64,000 nucleotides of DNA from Chiloscyllium plagiosum (taxonomy: Eukaryota): NCBI RefSeq assembly GCF_004010195.1, contig NC_057728.1, positions 48,456,077-48,520,076 on the forward strand. The letters are read 5' to 3'. Below, in pieces: positions 24,201-37,600 of the stretch. The position numbers were made by a program, and so were the translations under genes. The notes beneath the pieces were generated by a model. The model saw only the letters and a list, made by a program, of their open reading frames with translations, had not been told where the DNA came from and ran no database searches. Numbering within the stretch: position 1 is the stretch's first letter; each line of letters starts with the position of its first letter.

Positions 24201-24746
24201 ACTGGAGAGATGCTCCAGGATTTTTGGTGTTGTACAAAAATGAACCAATCACATTTTAGTAGATTAATGATATGGCAGATGGTCTTTCACCTCCCCCCGC
24301 CCCACCCCCCAACAATACAGCACACAAAGCAGAAAAAAGTTAGTTTCTCCCAGAGTTAACTTCTAACATTTTTCAATGCTTTTTACAGCATAGGGTCAGG
24401 CCACTGTACCAGCGAACAAACAGAAAAGTAAAGCCATTTCTCACTTATTAACCACATCACATTGTTTTCAAATGACATGGAGGGGTCAGTTGTGTGCAAA
24501 ACCAGACAACAGAAGGAACTCCTTGGATATCTCAAAGGACTGCTTAATACAAATTTATTATTGTTGATTAAGCATCGTAACACATCTAACTGAACATAAG
24601 GGTGTCATTCGTCCCAAACCATTCTTTCCTCTCTCAGAGAGAAATGAATTGATTTGACAATTCCTTGTCCAGGTAAATAAATATTGACCAGTATTTGTTA
24701 TGACTGCAATTCTCTTTCTATAGCCCATGAAACCTGTGAAACTTGT

Positions 24747-25080
24747 GGGTGGCACGGTGGCACACTGGTTAGCCTCACAGTGCCAGAGACCCGAGTTCAA
24801 TTCCCGCCTCAGATAACTGCCTGTGTGGAGTTTGCACATTCTCCCCGTGTCTATGTGGGTTTTCTCCGGGTGCTCTGGTTTCCTCCCACAGTCCAAAGAT
24901 GTGCAGGTTAGGTGAATTGGCCATGCTAAAATTGCCCGTAGTGTTAGGTGAAGGGGTAAATGTAGGGGAATGGGTCTGGGTGGGTTGCGCTTCAGCGGGT
25001 CGGTGTGGACTTGTAGGGCCGAAGGGCCTGTTTCCACACTGTAAGTAATCTAATCTAATCTAATCTAATCTAATCTAATC
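24747..25080 (+). mobile_element. HE1-type V-SINE with (AATCT)n tail
   Basis: GGTGGCACGGTGGCACACTGGTTAGC head, GAGTTTGCACATTCTCCCCGTGTC central block, tail GTAAGT(AATCT)7. Confidence 0.9.
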
Positions 25081-25268
25081 TCCTCAAGGATAAATTTAGT
25101 TCTTTTTAAACTGGTCTATATTTATGAACATTGAGACAGTGAATAAGATGATAGCTTTTCTCATCATTTGTAAACCAAGGAACTTGAAGTTAAAATGCCG
25201 AATCCTGGCAAAATCTGATATTCACTTCTATATACTTTATAAATAAGATTCATAAATTACTAAATTGC

Positions 25269-25395
25269 AGTTCTGAAGAAGGGTCACTGGATTCAAAATA
25301 TTAACTCTGCTGGAGAAGCTCAGATCTGATAGCATCTGTGGAGAAAAAGCAATTTGTGTTTTTGTTTCAGTTTTTCAGCATCCCCAGGTCTTGGT
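25269..25395 (+). mobile_element. Penelope-derived short element with a decayed hammerhead and an internal inversion
   Basis: AGTT-CTGAAGA-A-GGGTC-ACTG-GATTC-AAAA-TATT-AACT (stem I AGUU/AACU; GAAA mutated). Confidence 0.6.
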
Positions 25396-27264
25396 ATTAT
25401 ATTATTCGTAAATTACTGGCTTCCATTATTCAAACTCAGCATCTCCAGTAAGCAAATTACACTAAGGGGACATACACCTTTCAACCTTGGCAATGTTACA
25501 ATATCAAATATTGTATGTACATAAGGTCATATCTTGATGCTGAGGAAGAGAATAATGGTCCTTGACTAAATATGAAAGAAATATTTAACAGTCTAAAAAT
25601 TACAATATTGCAAATTACAAAAATGTAATTTAAAACCTGGAATCCAATAGAACAGTGTGTGCACTGAAATGCATCCATATCTGTGAATGTGTAGACTCAT
25701 TTGGGTTTAAATATTAACCATAAAAACTCAAGTTTACTTAGTCATGTAGCAGCGACTTCCCACTAATATAACAAGCTGTTTAAATCTTGAACCTACAGCC
25801 TGCCAGATCTCACAGAACCTGATCAGCCTGTGAAGATTACTCAAGATTCAGCAGCTGAGTGGTTCATAAACACATTGTTGCTGCTTTTCTATACTAATAC
25901 TAACCAAAGATGGAATGAGTCAATTTACAAACATTAAAAATAGAAAATTAAATAGATAATAAATGTAAAAGGTAATAGAAAAGCAAGCAATGAGAGAAAA
26001 AATATGCAAAGTCAGATAATTAAAAATGGCTTTGTACAAGTAGCAGCACACCAGTGACAGAAAAGTAGAAGGTGCTTTCCGCACATGGTGACATATACAT
26101 CACTGGGAAATCAAAAAGTTCTGAAGTATTTAACAATATGTATACACTGGCTTTGCATCATATTATAGCTGTTTAATAAAAAAAAGCAAGTATTTTTTAA
26201 ACCAAAAACTCTTCCAGTACATTGTGTTGTTATTCTAGTAATTTAATATTTCATTTGGGAATATTCTACATTCTCACGTGTCTATCATTGCAAATGGCCA
26301 AATAATGATTTGGTGCAACATTCACGCAGAAAATTCCAAATTCTACAAATCAACTAATCAATAACACCAACAGTAGCTCACATATGTAGCCAGCACTGGA
26401 CTATGAACAATGTTTGAAACAGCATTAATACACCATACAATATCAAATATTTCTGCCCCATCAATATGAATCAATACACAAAACAATGAAACATTGCTTT
26501 ATTGTGGTTGAGCATTATTTTGTTTTATATTATGATATCTTGACTTCACACAAACACACCTAGGCTCAGCAACACTGGAGTTTCAGTAATATACAAAGAA
26601 CTAGTTAAACAGAATGAACTGATCACCTGTTATATGTGAAGACTGTAGCTATCCACATTAAACAACCTGGCCCAAGATTTCCGAGACTGGAAGACATGAA
26701 AACTTTGGGCTCCCAAGGTCCAAAGCAGTAGTGGCTGCCAAGGAGTGCCAACTGAGTAAACACATCTAAGAGAGCTTTAAATCCTGGCATTTCTCTCAAA
26801 CAGTCTGTGGTTCAACCACAAGGTATGGTTTCTACTGCATTAACATGGTAGGCTTTACATCCCTTTGACAAACAAAGGACTCCACATAACTATCCCGATT
26901 TCACAGGTTCTCCTCACCCTTCCCCATTCTTAATGTTCCTACTGAGGGTTTACATATTTCCAGCCTTGAACTGGGAGGCCATTGAGAAAAAGTTTGGGAT
27001 CACCACTGAACACCTGTATTGTATAATCAAACTTGTGGAGGTATGACACCGGCTTCACTACAACAATGGAACATTTATAAGAGCACCCTTCTTTCCTCTC
27101 TACTATCTGAAAAATATGCTTAGAAGTATTATACCACAACGGTTACCTCTAACAGAATGGGATCTCTGGTCTACATTCTATCCAATGCACGTTCTCCCAA
27201 GATTGCTCCAACGTATAATCCGTTTGCAGCCATTTTTAAAGGTTGGGTTCAGAGAGCCAGTCAG

Positions 27265-28740
27265 AGAGTCATAGAGATGTACAGCACGGAAACAGACCCT
27301 TTGGTCCAACTCGTCTTTGGTCCTTATCCCTCTAAACCCTTCCTATTCATATACCCATCCAGATGTCTTTTAAATGTTGCAACTGTACCAGCATCCACCA
27401 CTTCCTCTGGCAGCTCATTCCATACACGCACCACACTCTGCGTGAAAAGGTTACCCCTTAGGTACCTTTTATATCTTTCCCTTCTCACCCTAAAAACTTA
27501 TGCTCTCCAGTTCTGAACTCCCAAGGAAAGGACTTTGCCTATTTATCCTATCCATGCCCCTCATGATTTTATGAACTTCTATTAGGTCACCCCTCAGCCT
27601 TCAACCCTCCACGGAAAACATCCCCAACCTATTCAGCCTCCCCCTATTGTTCAAATTCACCAATCCTGGCAACATCCTTGTAAATCTTTGCTGAACCCTT
27701 TCAAGTTTCACAACATCCTTCCGATAGGTAGGAGACCAGAATTGTACACAATATTCCAAAATTGGCCTAACCAATGTCCTATACAACATGACCTCCCAAC
27801 ACCTATACTCAATGCTCTGACCAATAAAGGAAAGCATACCAAACGCCTTCTTCACTATCCTATCTACCTACAACTCTACTTTCAAGGAATTATGAACCTG
27901 CACTCCAAAGTCTCTTTGTTCAGCAATACCCCTAGGACCTGACTAGGACCTGTGGGCACAGCCTTAGAAATAGAGGGGGTCAATTCAGAACAGAAATGCG
28001 GAGACATTTCTTCAGCCAGAGAGTGGTGGGCCTGTGGAATTCATTGCCGTGGAGTGCAGTGAGGCTGGGATGCTAAATGTCTTCAAGGCAGAGATTGATA
28101 AATTCTTGATGTCGCAAGGAATTAAGGACTACGGGGAGAATGCGGGTAAGTGGAGTTGAAATGCCCATCAGCCATGATTAAATGGCGGAGTGGACTCGAT
28201 GGGTCGAATGGCCTTACTTCCACTCCTATGTCTTCTGGACCTGACCATTAAGTGCATAAGTCCTGCTAAGATTTGCTTTCTCAAAATGTAGCACCTCGCA
28301 TTTATCTAAATTAAACTCCATTTACCACTCCTCAGCCCTTTTGCCCACCTGATCAAGATCCCATTGTAAACTGAGGTAACCTTCCTCATTTGTCCACTAC
28401 ACTTCCAATTTTGGTGTCATCTGCAAACTTACTAACTATACCTCCTATGTTCATAACCAAATCATTTATGTAAAAGACAAAAAGTAGAGGACCCAGCACC
28501 AATCCTTGTGGCACTCCACTGGTCACAGGCCTCCAGTCTGAAAAACAACCCTCCACCACCTTTGAGCCAGTTCTGTATCCAAATGGCTAGTTCTCCCTGT
28601 ATTCCATGAGACCTAACCTTGCTAACCAGTCTCTCCTTGTCAAACGCCTCACTGAAATCCATATATATCCCGTCCACCGCTCTGCCCTCATCAATCCTCT
28701 TTATTACTTTTTCAAAAAAAACACAATCAAGTTCTCTCCC
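27265..28740 (-). mobile_element. 5'-truncated CR1 (HER1-like) LINE
   Basis: IYMDFSEAFDK (ORF 28462..28767) and LYRTLVRPILEYCVQFWSP (ORF 27601..27855); tail ..CTCTATGACTCT. Confidence 0.92.
27944..28236 (+). mobile_element. CR1 3' fragment nested in opposite orientation
   Basis: TSD GGACCTGAC at 27935-27943 and 28237-28245; the host CR1 resumes colinearly. Confidence 0.85.
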
Positions 28741-29254
28741 AGCGCTACACACCTGACCTAGATACAAAATAGAGGCTTTTATTTTCTGCCACTATGCTAA
28801 TTTTGCATCCAACTTGTCACTTTTCTCTGCAACTACTTGAGCTTTTGACTAACTGATTAATCTGCTATATGGAAATTTAAAGCCTTGCAAAAATGAAAGC
28901 AATCTTTTTCTAATTCACTAACCTCATTGACCCTACATTCTGAAAAACATTTATTGGTTAGTTATACACAATATTATCTTGACAAATTCATAAACAGTCC
29001 TAAAATAGTCCATGTCTCTCTAAATGGCAAGTTAATACAGTCTTAAATTATTTTCCACTCATTTTCCCATCACCAAAAGTCAGCTGACTGTCTTTTAATT
29101 TTTTTGAACTATCCTGTCCTCATTTTCTAAACAACAGGAGTAGTCCTCTGGCAGCATGTCTGTAGACAGACAGTTACTACAGATTACATACAAAATTCTA
29201 ACTAGGAAAAGTATCATACTACAATTCTCGCTCTGACAGCAGACCACATCTACG

Positions 29255-29395
29255 TGTATATGAATTAGGAGTGGGTCATTCAACTGTTTGAGCATGCTCT
29301 GCTGTTTAGTAAGATCATGGCTGATTGGATGGTAGCATCCAATACACATTTCCCACTTACCCCTAACATCATTCACCACTTTACTTATTAACAAA
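29255..29395 (-). mobile_element. Old CR1 3' tail
   Basis: AGGAGTGGGTCATT..AAGATCATGGCTGAT, like the tails at 31050, 50120, 53476 and 62005. Confidence 0.55.
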
Positions 29396-29516
29396 GCCTC
29401 ATCATAAGCTTTAAATGGGCTGCAAGAATAAATTTGCCAACATTACATTGAAATAAATGTCCAACAGCATAAGAGCATATAGTACTTTTTCACTTTGCAG
29501 TTTGTCTTCACCGTGG

Positions 29517-30068
29517 TGTTTTAAAAAATTCTCAAGGTCAAGGACCAGGCTCGCAGGAAAGTAGTCTGACACAAAACAAACAGCCAAGAGGCGAGTCTGC
29601 TAGAATATAAGTGTTTTATTCCCCGCAGCGTCGCCACAACCAGGTCTCGTACTTACAACGGGTCTGGTTTATACTCACTCTACGTGTTACCGGAACTGGG
29701 AGCCGTCAGTTCTCGTAGAGCGGTTGCCAACAACCCACGCTCGGCGGTTAAACGCAACCCCGGAGCAGACTCTACCGAACTGGAGACTTTTCCAGCTGAT
29801 ATACTCTTTTCGAGATCTAAACATTCATGTGAACAGCAGAGCAAGGCTGAAAAACACATTCCATTCTGGTCACATACAGATAAGAAGATTCACACGGGAA
29901 GGTGTGTAATAAGATTCACACGGGACTAAGCGACACCTTCCATTTTCGGTTAGATTCACACATGTATTGGGACACAATTTTAACCCTTTCACCACATTCC
30001 ACTGCTTGGCCCAATACATGTGTTACATTATGATTCACACATGTATTGGGACATAATTTTACACCACA
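29517..30068 (-). mobile_element. Young 552-bp solo LTR
   Basis: TG...CA ends; perfect 5-bp TSD CGTGG at 29512-29516 and 30069-30073; CpG-rich; minus-strand TATAAA (29668-29673) and AATAAA (29615-29620); U3-type repeats. Confidence 0.85.
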
Positions 30069-31049
30069 CGTGGGGAAAATCACCTCCAAAGTTAAAGGAT
30101 GAAATTAGAGAAACTAGTTTGGGAAATCTTGGCCCATTTCCCTTAGGATTCTAAAACATGAAATGGACCTTCAGCATTTAATGCCACTAAGTTGTCAGGC
30201 AGACCTTCTGTAGATATACCAGAAAGCTAACGAAATGTGGCACAAAATTGTTGGGATATTCCCTTGCTTTGTGGGATGAATTACAGGTTTCTGTATATTA
30301 CAAAGGGATACTTTTCTTCTCCAATTTCTACTTCTAACTCACCCATATGCAAAGCTCTCCAGTTAATGTTCTTTACCGATCCATTTTCTCTTGTTTCCTT
30401 CCAGCTCTAATACAGGAACTTCTGAATTTTCAGAGCAAATAAAAATCAGGGATTTCTGCACAAAGCAGGTTATTGGGTAGGAAATAGGAAAATCAGGGAT
30501 TACAGAACAATTTTCTCTGGGGCAAAAGCAGGATTAAGATAGTTGTCATAATGATCATTTTTTCACTGCCTGAGCATGAGGATGGTTAAGTCGGTTAGAA
30601 AACTGTGGCATTCGTGTAATAAGGGACACTATTCTGATAAATGAAATAATATTGGGATAGTTGCAATTACTTTATATCATGCTTAAAAGTTTGTTTCATT
30701 CTCAAGAATTCAGCATTGCATGTGTCTGTGTCAACATTCCCTGTAATATTTTCCGATTCATGAAACTGAGGTCCATGTATGACAGCAGTTTCCGTATGTG
30801 GAAGCCAATGCATTGGCATATGAATTGCTGTGTGCGGATCTCCTAGCAGCTGCATGACTACACAGCTTAGAAGGAACACTGGTTGGTCTGTGTGAAGTAT
30901 ATGTTCTAGAAATGACACAAGGTACACTACAGTGAGTGCTCACAACTGATTTCAAATAGTATCATGATCATTTGAGCTTTGAAAATTTTGTGAAAATTAA
31001 TTTCAAATTTTTTAAAAATCCCCTTCCAATGAGCCATCAAGTTATACAA

Positions 31050-31390
31050 ACATAAGACTTTAAGCAGGAGCTAGATATTGCTCCTTGAACTGGCTCTACT
31101 GCTCAATATGATCATGGCTGATCTCACTGTCCTTCAACTTTCCTGCCTCCCTCTTGTACGCTTTGATTCTGTTGTTGGATAAAAGTCTATCTACGTCTGC
31201 CTTAAAAACATTCAATAACTCTCCTCCACTACTGTCTGGGGATGAGAGACCCGTAGCCTCAAACTCCTCAGCCAGAATAATCTCATCTCCATCTCAAAGG
31301 AAGATCCTTCATTTTTAAGCTATGGCCCCAAGTTCCAGTCTCTCTCACAAAGGAAACATCCCTTAACTATCCATCCTATAAATTCTTGTA
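31050..31390 (-). mobile_element. Old CR1 3' fragment
   Basis: CATAAGACTTTAAGCAGGAG..ATGATCATGGCTGATCT tail. Confidence 0.65.
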
Positions 31391-31794
31391 GTTTATCACA
31401 ATATTGAAAAGCAACATTGACTTTGCATATCAAAACACAATATTGCAGATGTGACAAATACATTTAAATCTATAGCTCATTACAAAGTATAAGTTAAAAG
31501 TTAACTATTTGGAGTTCTGCCTTTTGCAATACCCACAGAATACTTGAAGAAAATGCCTTGAGAATTAAATGGTCATAGTTAATACACAGCTTTAGACAGA
31601 CTATAAAGAATTCTAACCAACTGATAACATAGTAATAGCCTGTCCCATGGTGGTGGCCAAAATCAGTTGCCAAAGACACATTAATTCTATATTCTAGTGT
31701 GTGCATCTAAACATCCTACAAAGATAAGTAGCTTAGGCATTCCTAAATACTAAAAAGGAATACAATCGTTCGGCATTCATACAATCCTTATTGT

Positions 31795-32230
31795 GTATTT
31801 AAGGCTGGTGAGAATGTGTGTAGGGTAGAAGCAGGCAAGGAAAGAGTTAAGTTCTGAGTTTTGTGAAACAAGAGGTTCAGCTGAGCATGACGCTGATCAG
31901 ATAAGCATTTAGTTAACAATGGGGTGCTGGAGGCAGGGGTAATGGGTTAACAAGGTGGAAGAGTATTCATTATGTACAGCCATTTAAAAATATTGGAAGC
32001 ATTCAGTATGTAAGGTTAGTTAACAAGGGGGGAAAATATCCATTGTATGAATCTAGCTAACAAGGTTAAGAACATTTATTGAATACAGTAAAGGACTTGA
32101 TCTCTGCTATTGATACTCATTGATTGTAACTGTCACCCAATTAATACATAGGTTGCCTTATCTAGATGCTTCTCCCTGTAAAATGTCTATATAGTTCATT
32201 GAGAAACTGTTATTCCAGAGAAGACAGTTC
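31795..32230 (+). mobile_element. Possible LTR fragment (U3-like)
   Basis: Four GTTAACAA/GCTAACAA repeats, CCAAT (~32137) and CTATATAG (~32186). No 3' CA end or TSD found. Confidence 0.3.
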
Positions 32231-32764
32231 AGCAGGGCTATGAGGAAAGAGCAGGAAAGCTCATATCAGAGTGTCAGATCAGCCAGGGTCCCAATGAATG
32301 GCCGAGCAGGCTCAAGGGACCTACTTCTATTACCTAAGGTCCTAAGATCTTTTTGAAGCAGATATTTAAATAACTGAAATGAAGACAGCATCACTGAGTA
32401 TGAATGTAATTCATGACTTCATGCTGTACTTCAACAGACTATGCATATATTCTTAAACACCTCGCCTTATAAACTCAATGTATCGATGTAATGTGCGACT
32501 AACTAAAAAGGGCAGAAATAGTGTTGACTGCTTTCACTTTTACCCCAATAGCGAGCTGTTGATTTGATTGAACCTTTAGATGCTTGTGAATGTGAGGCAC
32601 AAAAAAAGTCAAAGGAAATATTAGTAGCAAATTGTCAAACCAATAATATTTTAGTCTCACTTCAAGTGGGAACTTGCACAAATGAATCTAACTCCCTCCA
32701 CAAGTAAAACCTGATTAAGCACAGAAGGAAAGATGCAGAATTGAAAATTTGCAACAAAATCATT

Positions 32765-32891
32765 CCTGATGAAGGGCTTTTGCCTGAAATGTTGATTTTC
32801 CCTCTCCTTGAAAGCTGCCTAAACTGCTATGCTTTTCGAACACCACACTCTCGATTCTAATCTCCAGCATCTGCAGTCCTCACTTTCGCCT
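32765..32891 (+). mobile_element. 127-bp mini Penelope-derived element starting at a hammerhead core
   Basis: 12-bp TSD AACAAAATCATT at 32753-32764 and 32892-32903; begins C-CTGATGA-A-GGGC-TTTT-GCCT-GAAA. Confidence 0.85.
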
Positions 32892-33324
32892 AACAAAATC
32901 ATTTTGCCTAGTGTCAACAATAAGCATGTCTATGTCGGATATTTCAAGGATCAGGTAAAATGTTAAGATCGTCCTCCTGTATTCAGCTCCTAAAACACAT
33001 CGGCTCTCCAGACCAGGAAAGCATTCCACACAAATGCTCAGGATGATGTTGTTCTATTACTTCCTTAATACGTACATAGCAAAGTAATGTCAAGTGGTTC
33101 ATTTTTTACAAAACATGGATGATTTTGCTTGCATTCATGAGTACTGCACAATTTATAGTCCATCTAAGTTGTGGATCAAATAGGAAATAAATAGATTTAT
33201 GCAGTTCCTTTATGGTAGTAAAATATATGCAACTACCCTATTGCACAGCTGTTATTCATCTAAAGACTCAGCTCTAGTTATCCCAAGAGCCCCAATGGGT
33301 CCAGATATTGGAAAAGAAGCCACG

Positions 33325-34885
33325 CTCATACAGTCATAGAGATGTACAGCATGGAAACAAACCCTTCAGTCCAACCCGTCCACGCCGACCAGATATCCCA
33401 ACCCAATCTAGTCCCACCTGCCCGCACATGGCCCATATTCTTCCAACCCTGCCTATTCATTTAACTATCCAAATGCCTCTTAAATGTTGCAATTGTATCA
33501 GCCTCCACCACATCCTCTGGCAGCTCATTCCACCTTCTGCATGAAAACGTTGCCTCTTAGGTCTCTTTTATATCTTTCCCTTCCCACTCTAAACCTATGC
33601 CCTCTAGTTCTGGACTCACCCACCCCAGGGAAAAGACTTTGTCTATTTATCCCATCCATGCCCCTCATGATTTTATAAACCTCTATTAGGTCACCCTTCA
33701 GCCTACAACCCTACAGTGAAAACAGCCCCAGTCTATTCAACCTCTCCCTACAGCGCAAATCCTCCAACTCTAGCAACATCCTTGTAAATCTTTTCTGAGC
33801 CTGTTCAAATTTCACAACATCTTTCCAATAGGAAGGAGATCAGAATTGCCCACAATATTCCAACAGTGGCCTAACCAGTGTCATGTACAGCCGCAACATG
33901 ACCTCCCAACTACTGTACTCAACGCACTGTCCAATAAAGGAAAGCATACTAAATGCCTTCTTCACTATCCTATCTACCTGCGACTCCACTTTCAAGGACC
34001 ACTCCAAAGTCTCTTTGTTCAGCAACACTCGCTAGGATCTTACCATTATGTGCATAAGTCCTGCTCAGATTTGCTTTCCTAAAATGCACCACCTTCCACA
34101 TATCTAAATTAAACTCCGCCTGCCACCTCTCAACCCATTGGCACATCTAATCAAAATCCTGTTGTAATTTGAGGTAATCTTCTTCGCTGTCCACTACACC
34201 TCCAATTTTGGTGTCATCAGCAAACTTACTAACTAGACCTCTTATGCTCACATCCAAATCATTTATATAATTGATGAAAAGTAGTGGACACTACACCAAT
34301 CCTTGTAGCACTCCAGTGGTCACAGGCCTCCAGTCTGAAAAACAACCCTCCACCACTCTCTGTCTTACACCTTTGAGCCAGTTCTGTATCCAAATGCCAA
34401 GTTCTCCTTGCATTCCATGAGAGCTAACCTTGCTCACCAGTGTCCCATGGGGAACCCTGTTGAATGCCTTACTGAAGTCCATATAGATCAAATCTACTGC
34501 TCTGCCCTCATCAATCCTCTTTGTTACTTCTTCAAGATCTCAATCAAGTTTGTGAGACACGATTCCCATGCACAAAGCCATGTTGACTATCCCGAATCAG
34601 TCCTTGCCTTTCCAAATACATGTACACCCTGTCCCTCAGGATTCCCTCCAACAACTTGCCCACCACCGGAGGTCAGGCACACTTCTCTATAGTTCCCTGG
34701 CTTGTCCTTACCACCCTTCTTAAACAGTGGCACCACGTTAGCCAACCTCAAGTCTTCTGGCACCTCACCTGTGACTATTGATGATACAAATACCTCAGTA
34801 AGAGGCCCCGCAATTACTTCCCTAGCTTCCCACAGAGTTCTAGGGTTCACCTGATCAGGTCCTGGGGATTTATCCACTTTTATGA
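33325..34885 (-). mobile_element. 5'-truncated CR1 (HER1-like) LINE
   Basis: DKSPGPD..ANVVPLFKKGGKDKPGNYR, YMDFSKAF, LVRPLLEYC; same family as 27265-28740. Confidence 0.92.
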
Positions 34886-37009
34886 ATCACAGCACAATCA
34901 CAGTGAAATTCAATGACTATTTTTGGTTTACATATCATACTGTGAGGATATGCTTTCAGTATTATTGTAAAAGGGCTTCAAGACTGTGGGAACATTTAGC
35001 TTATTACTTCAACAAAATTGACTTGGTCCAGGTCTGAAACAAATCCCAGAGAAGAACAATCCAATTGCATCACCAAAATACATAAATGAAACAAGGTCAC
35101 CTCAAACCATTTATAAACACTGAGAAATGTTACACTAATAACCTTTATCTCAACAGAAGTGACACAAATTTGTAGAACACAGCATCCCTTTATGTTTTAT
35201 TACAAATGGCTGTAACTTGATTTTGTGGTAGATCACAAAATGTTTGCAATTACAGCACTAATGTGTTGTAATTGATCAAATCAAAATTTCAATGCTCAAT
35301 TAATGCAAAAACTCATCAACTCAATCATTATTTCAGTCATCTAGAATGTAGACATAGAAAACAACAAATTATATTTTAAAAAGTGAATGCTTATTCAAGG
35401 TTACTTATTGTGTAATGAACACAAAAATTACCATAATCTATGCATTCTGGGAATTAATACTGTTAGCACAATAAAATAACACAAACATTTAACCAGAAAA
35501 GTATACCTTTTGTAAAATGTTTGCGTTTTTAAATATTCAGTAAACATTTAACAGACTATTTAATTTTGACATTAGATGGATGGCATGATAGTCATTCTAC
35601 ATCTGTCCAAACCCAACACTCTCTAGTCTGGTTATGTGCAGGCACATATTTGTAACTTAATTTATGCCTTCTGCAATGGACTGCTTTTTTTGGAAGTGTA
35701 AAATACTTCAGAGAGCTCTACGTATAAAACATGAACAGTCTGGAACGACACCTGCCTTTATAGGTGCACCTATTTGGTTTTTACACCTATAAAACTTTGT
35801 ACTGGCACTAGATCCTGCACATTCACTAGAGATTCTAGATTGATAAATTGATAAATAGGAGTGGCCACAAATGCAACAAATGAGATGGTACAACCATTCT
35901 TGAAAATGTCAACATTTCACAAATTGAAAGTAGTAAAATAACCAGATCAAATAACAATGGAACAAAAAATTGAATCCTCCAAATATAATCATTGTTCAGG
36001 ATACATTCAAAATGATCCTTAGGATTTCTGGATTGCCACAAAGTACAAGACTAATAATTTTACACTTAAATGTCTGATCTATGCAATAGAAAAGTTGTGA
36101 AAACATATACTGAAATATTTAAATAAAAGTAGAGTTTGAAAAGTTTTTAATTATAAAAACACTTTATTTTGAGAGCAAATTACACTTGACAGTTTTCCAT
36201 CAAATAATTTCATGTGATATTATAATACACCTTTCCTATAAAAAAACATTATGATTCACCCACAATGCTAGCCATATTATTTAGTGCTTTCATTTCCCTT
36301 AAAAAACCCAAAGTTATTTAATTAGTATTTTCACTATAACTGTTTAAATGTTATTTTATATGTGCACTTTCTACTACTTCTAAATACTCCACCAGTTCGA
36401 TGATCTGATCACCATTGTATAACACAATAAGGTACATTATACCCGAATGCCATTTTTCTGTTCCAATTGTTATTGTAATAATTTAACAATTTACTGAAAC
36501 CTTGTTTTAAAAAAAACATTTTTCAGTTACTGAGGTGGCTAGTCAGGTTAAAGCACACATTCAATTTAGAATAGTTCAAGAAAAGCCACAAAATCTTACT
36601 TTATTTTAAATCTCATTTTAGTTGACCCAAATCACTGATATCACCTGGGGTCTCAACCACCAGTTTCCCCCAGTGCAGCATAAATTTGTTCTTCATTGAT
36701 TTGAGTTCTCACCACTTAAATGTTTATCAGGATTCCAGTCAATGTGCTGATCATTTAGGTACCAGTAAATCCTAATAATTTATATATAAATAAAAGCAGG
36801 TGTCGGGAGTAATTTGGTGGTGAGGGGCAAGGGCACATACTGTTAGCACAGACATTTAACAGTCTTGTTTCGGAAACTTTTATCAAATTGAATCAAGAAA
36901 AATGGGCTAACTATCTGCTCTTTTTTGGCTAGTATTCAGAAGCTGATGTGCAGCATACCTGAGCGCTTATAGCAGTCATACGATTACTGCACCACAAATC
37001 TGTACTATG

Positions 37010-37600
37010 GCAGTCCTCTGATTCATACCGCTGCCACTGTGCATTGGTGTTGAAGGAAGGGAATGTCGAAGGTGATGGATGAAGTGCCAATCAAGCCTGC
37101 TGCTTTGTCCTGGATGGTGTCAAATTTCTTAAAGTTGGAACTACACCCATGCAGGCTTGTGGAAAGTACAGCATCACACTGTGACTTGTGTATTGTAAAT
37201 GGATGGCAGATATTAGGGACACAGGAGGCAAGATACCTGCCATAGAATTCCGAGCCTCTGACCTGCTCTTGTAGCCACAGTATTTTATATTGCTTGTCCA
37301 GTTTGTTTCTGTTCAATGGTAAAGCTCCTTTCCTGCACCAGAATGTTGATAGTGGGGGCATTCAGCGACATAACAAAAATTGAATGTCATGGGCAACGGC
37401 TAGATTCTCTCTCATTGAAGGTGATCATTTCCGGACACTCGCATGGAATGAAACATTACTCGCCACTTATCAGCCCAAGGTTGGATGTTGTCCAGATCTT
37501 GCTGCATATGGGCATGGACTGTTTTAGCATCTCATGAGTCACAAATGGTACTGAACACTGTTCAATCATCAGCAAAAGTCCCCACTCCCAAGCTTATGGA
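37010..37600 (-). mobile_element. CR1/L2-clade RT fragment
   Basis: KKFDTIQDKAAGLIG..LQHQCTVAAV (ORF 37023..37361) and an FADD motif on the minus strand at ~37565-37576. Confidence 0.7.

Noticed and set aside
29880..30055. Spaced direct repeats resembling a CRISPR array
   Set aside because: Eukaryotic context, irregular units, and contained within a solo LTR.
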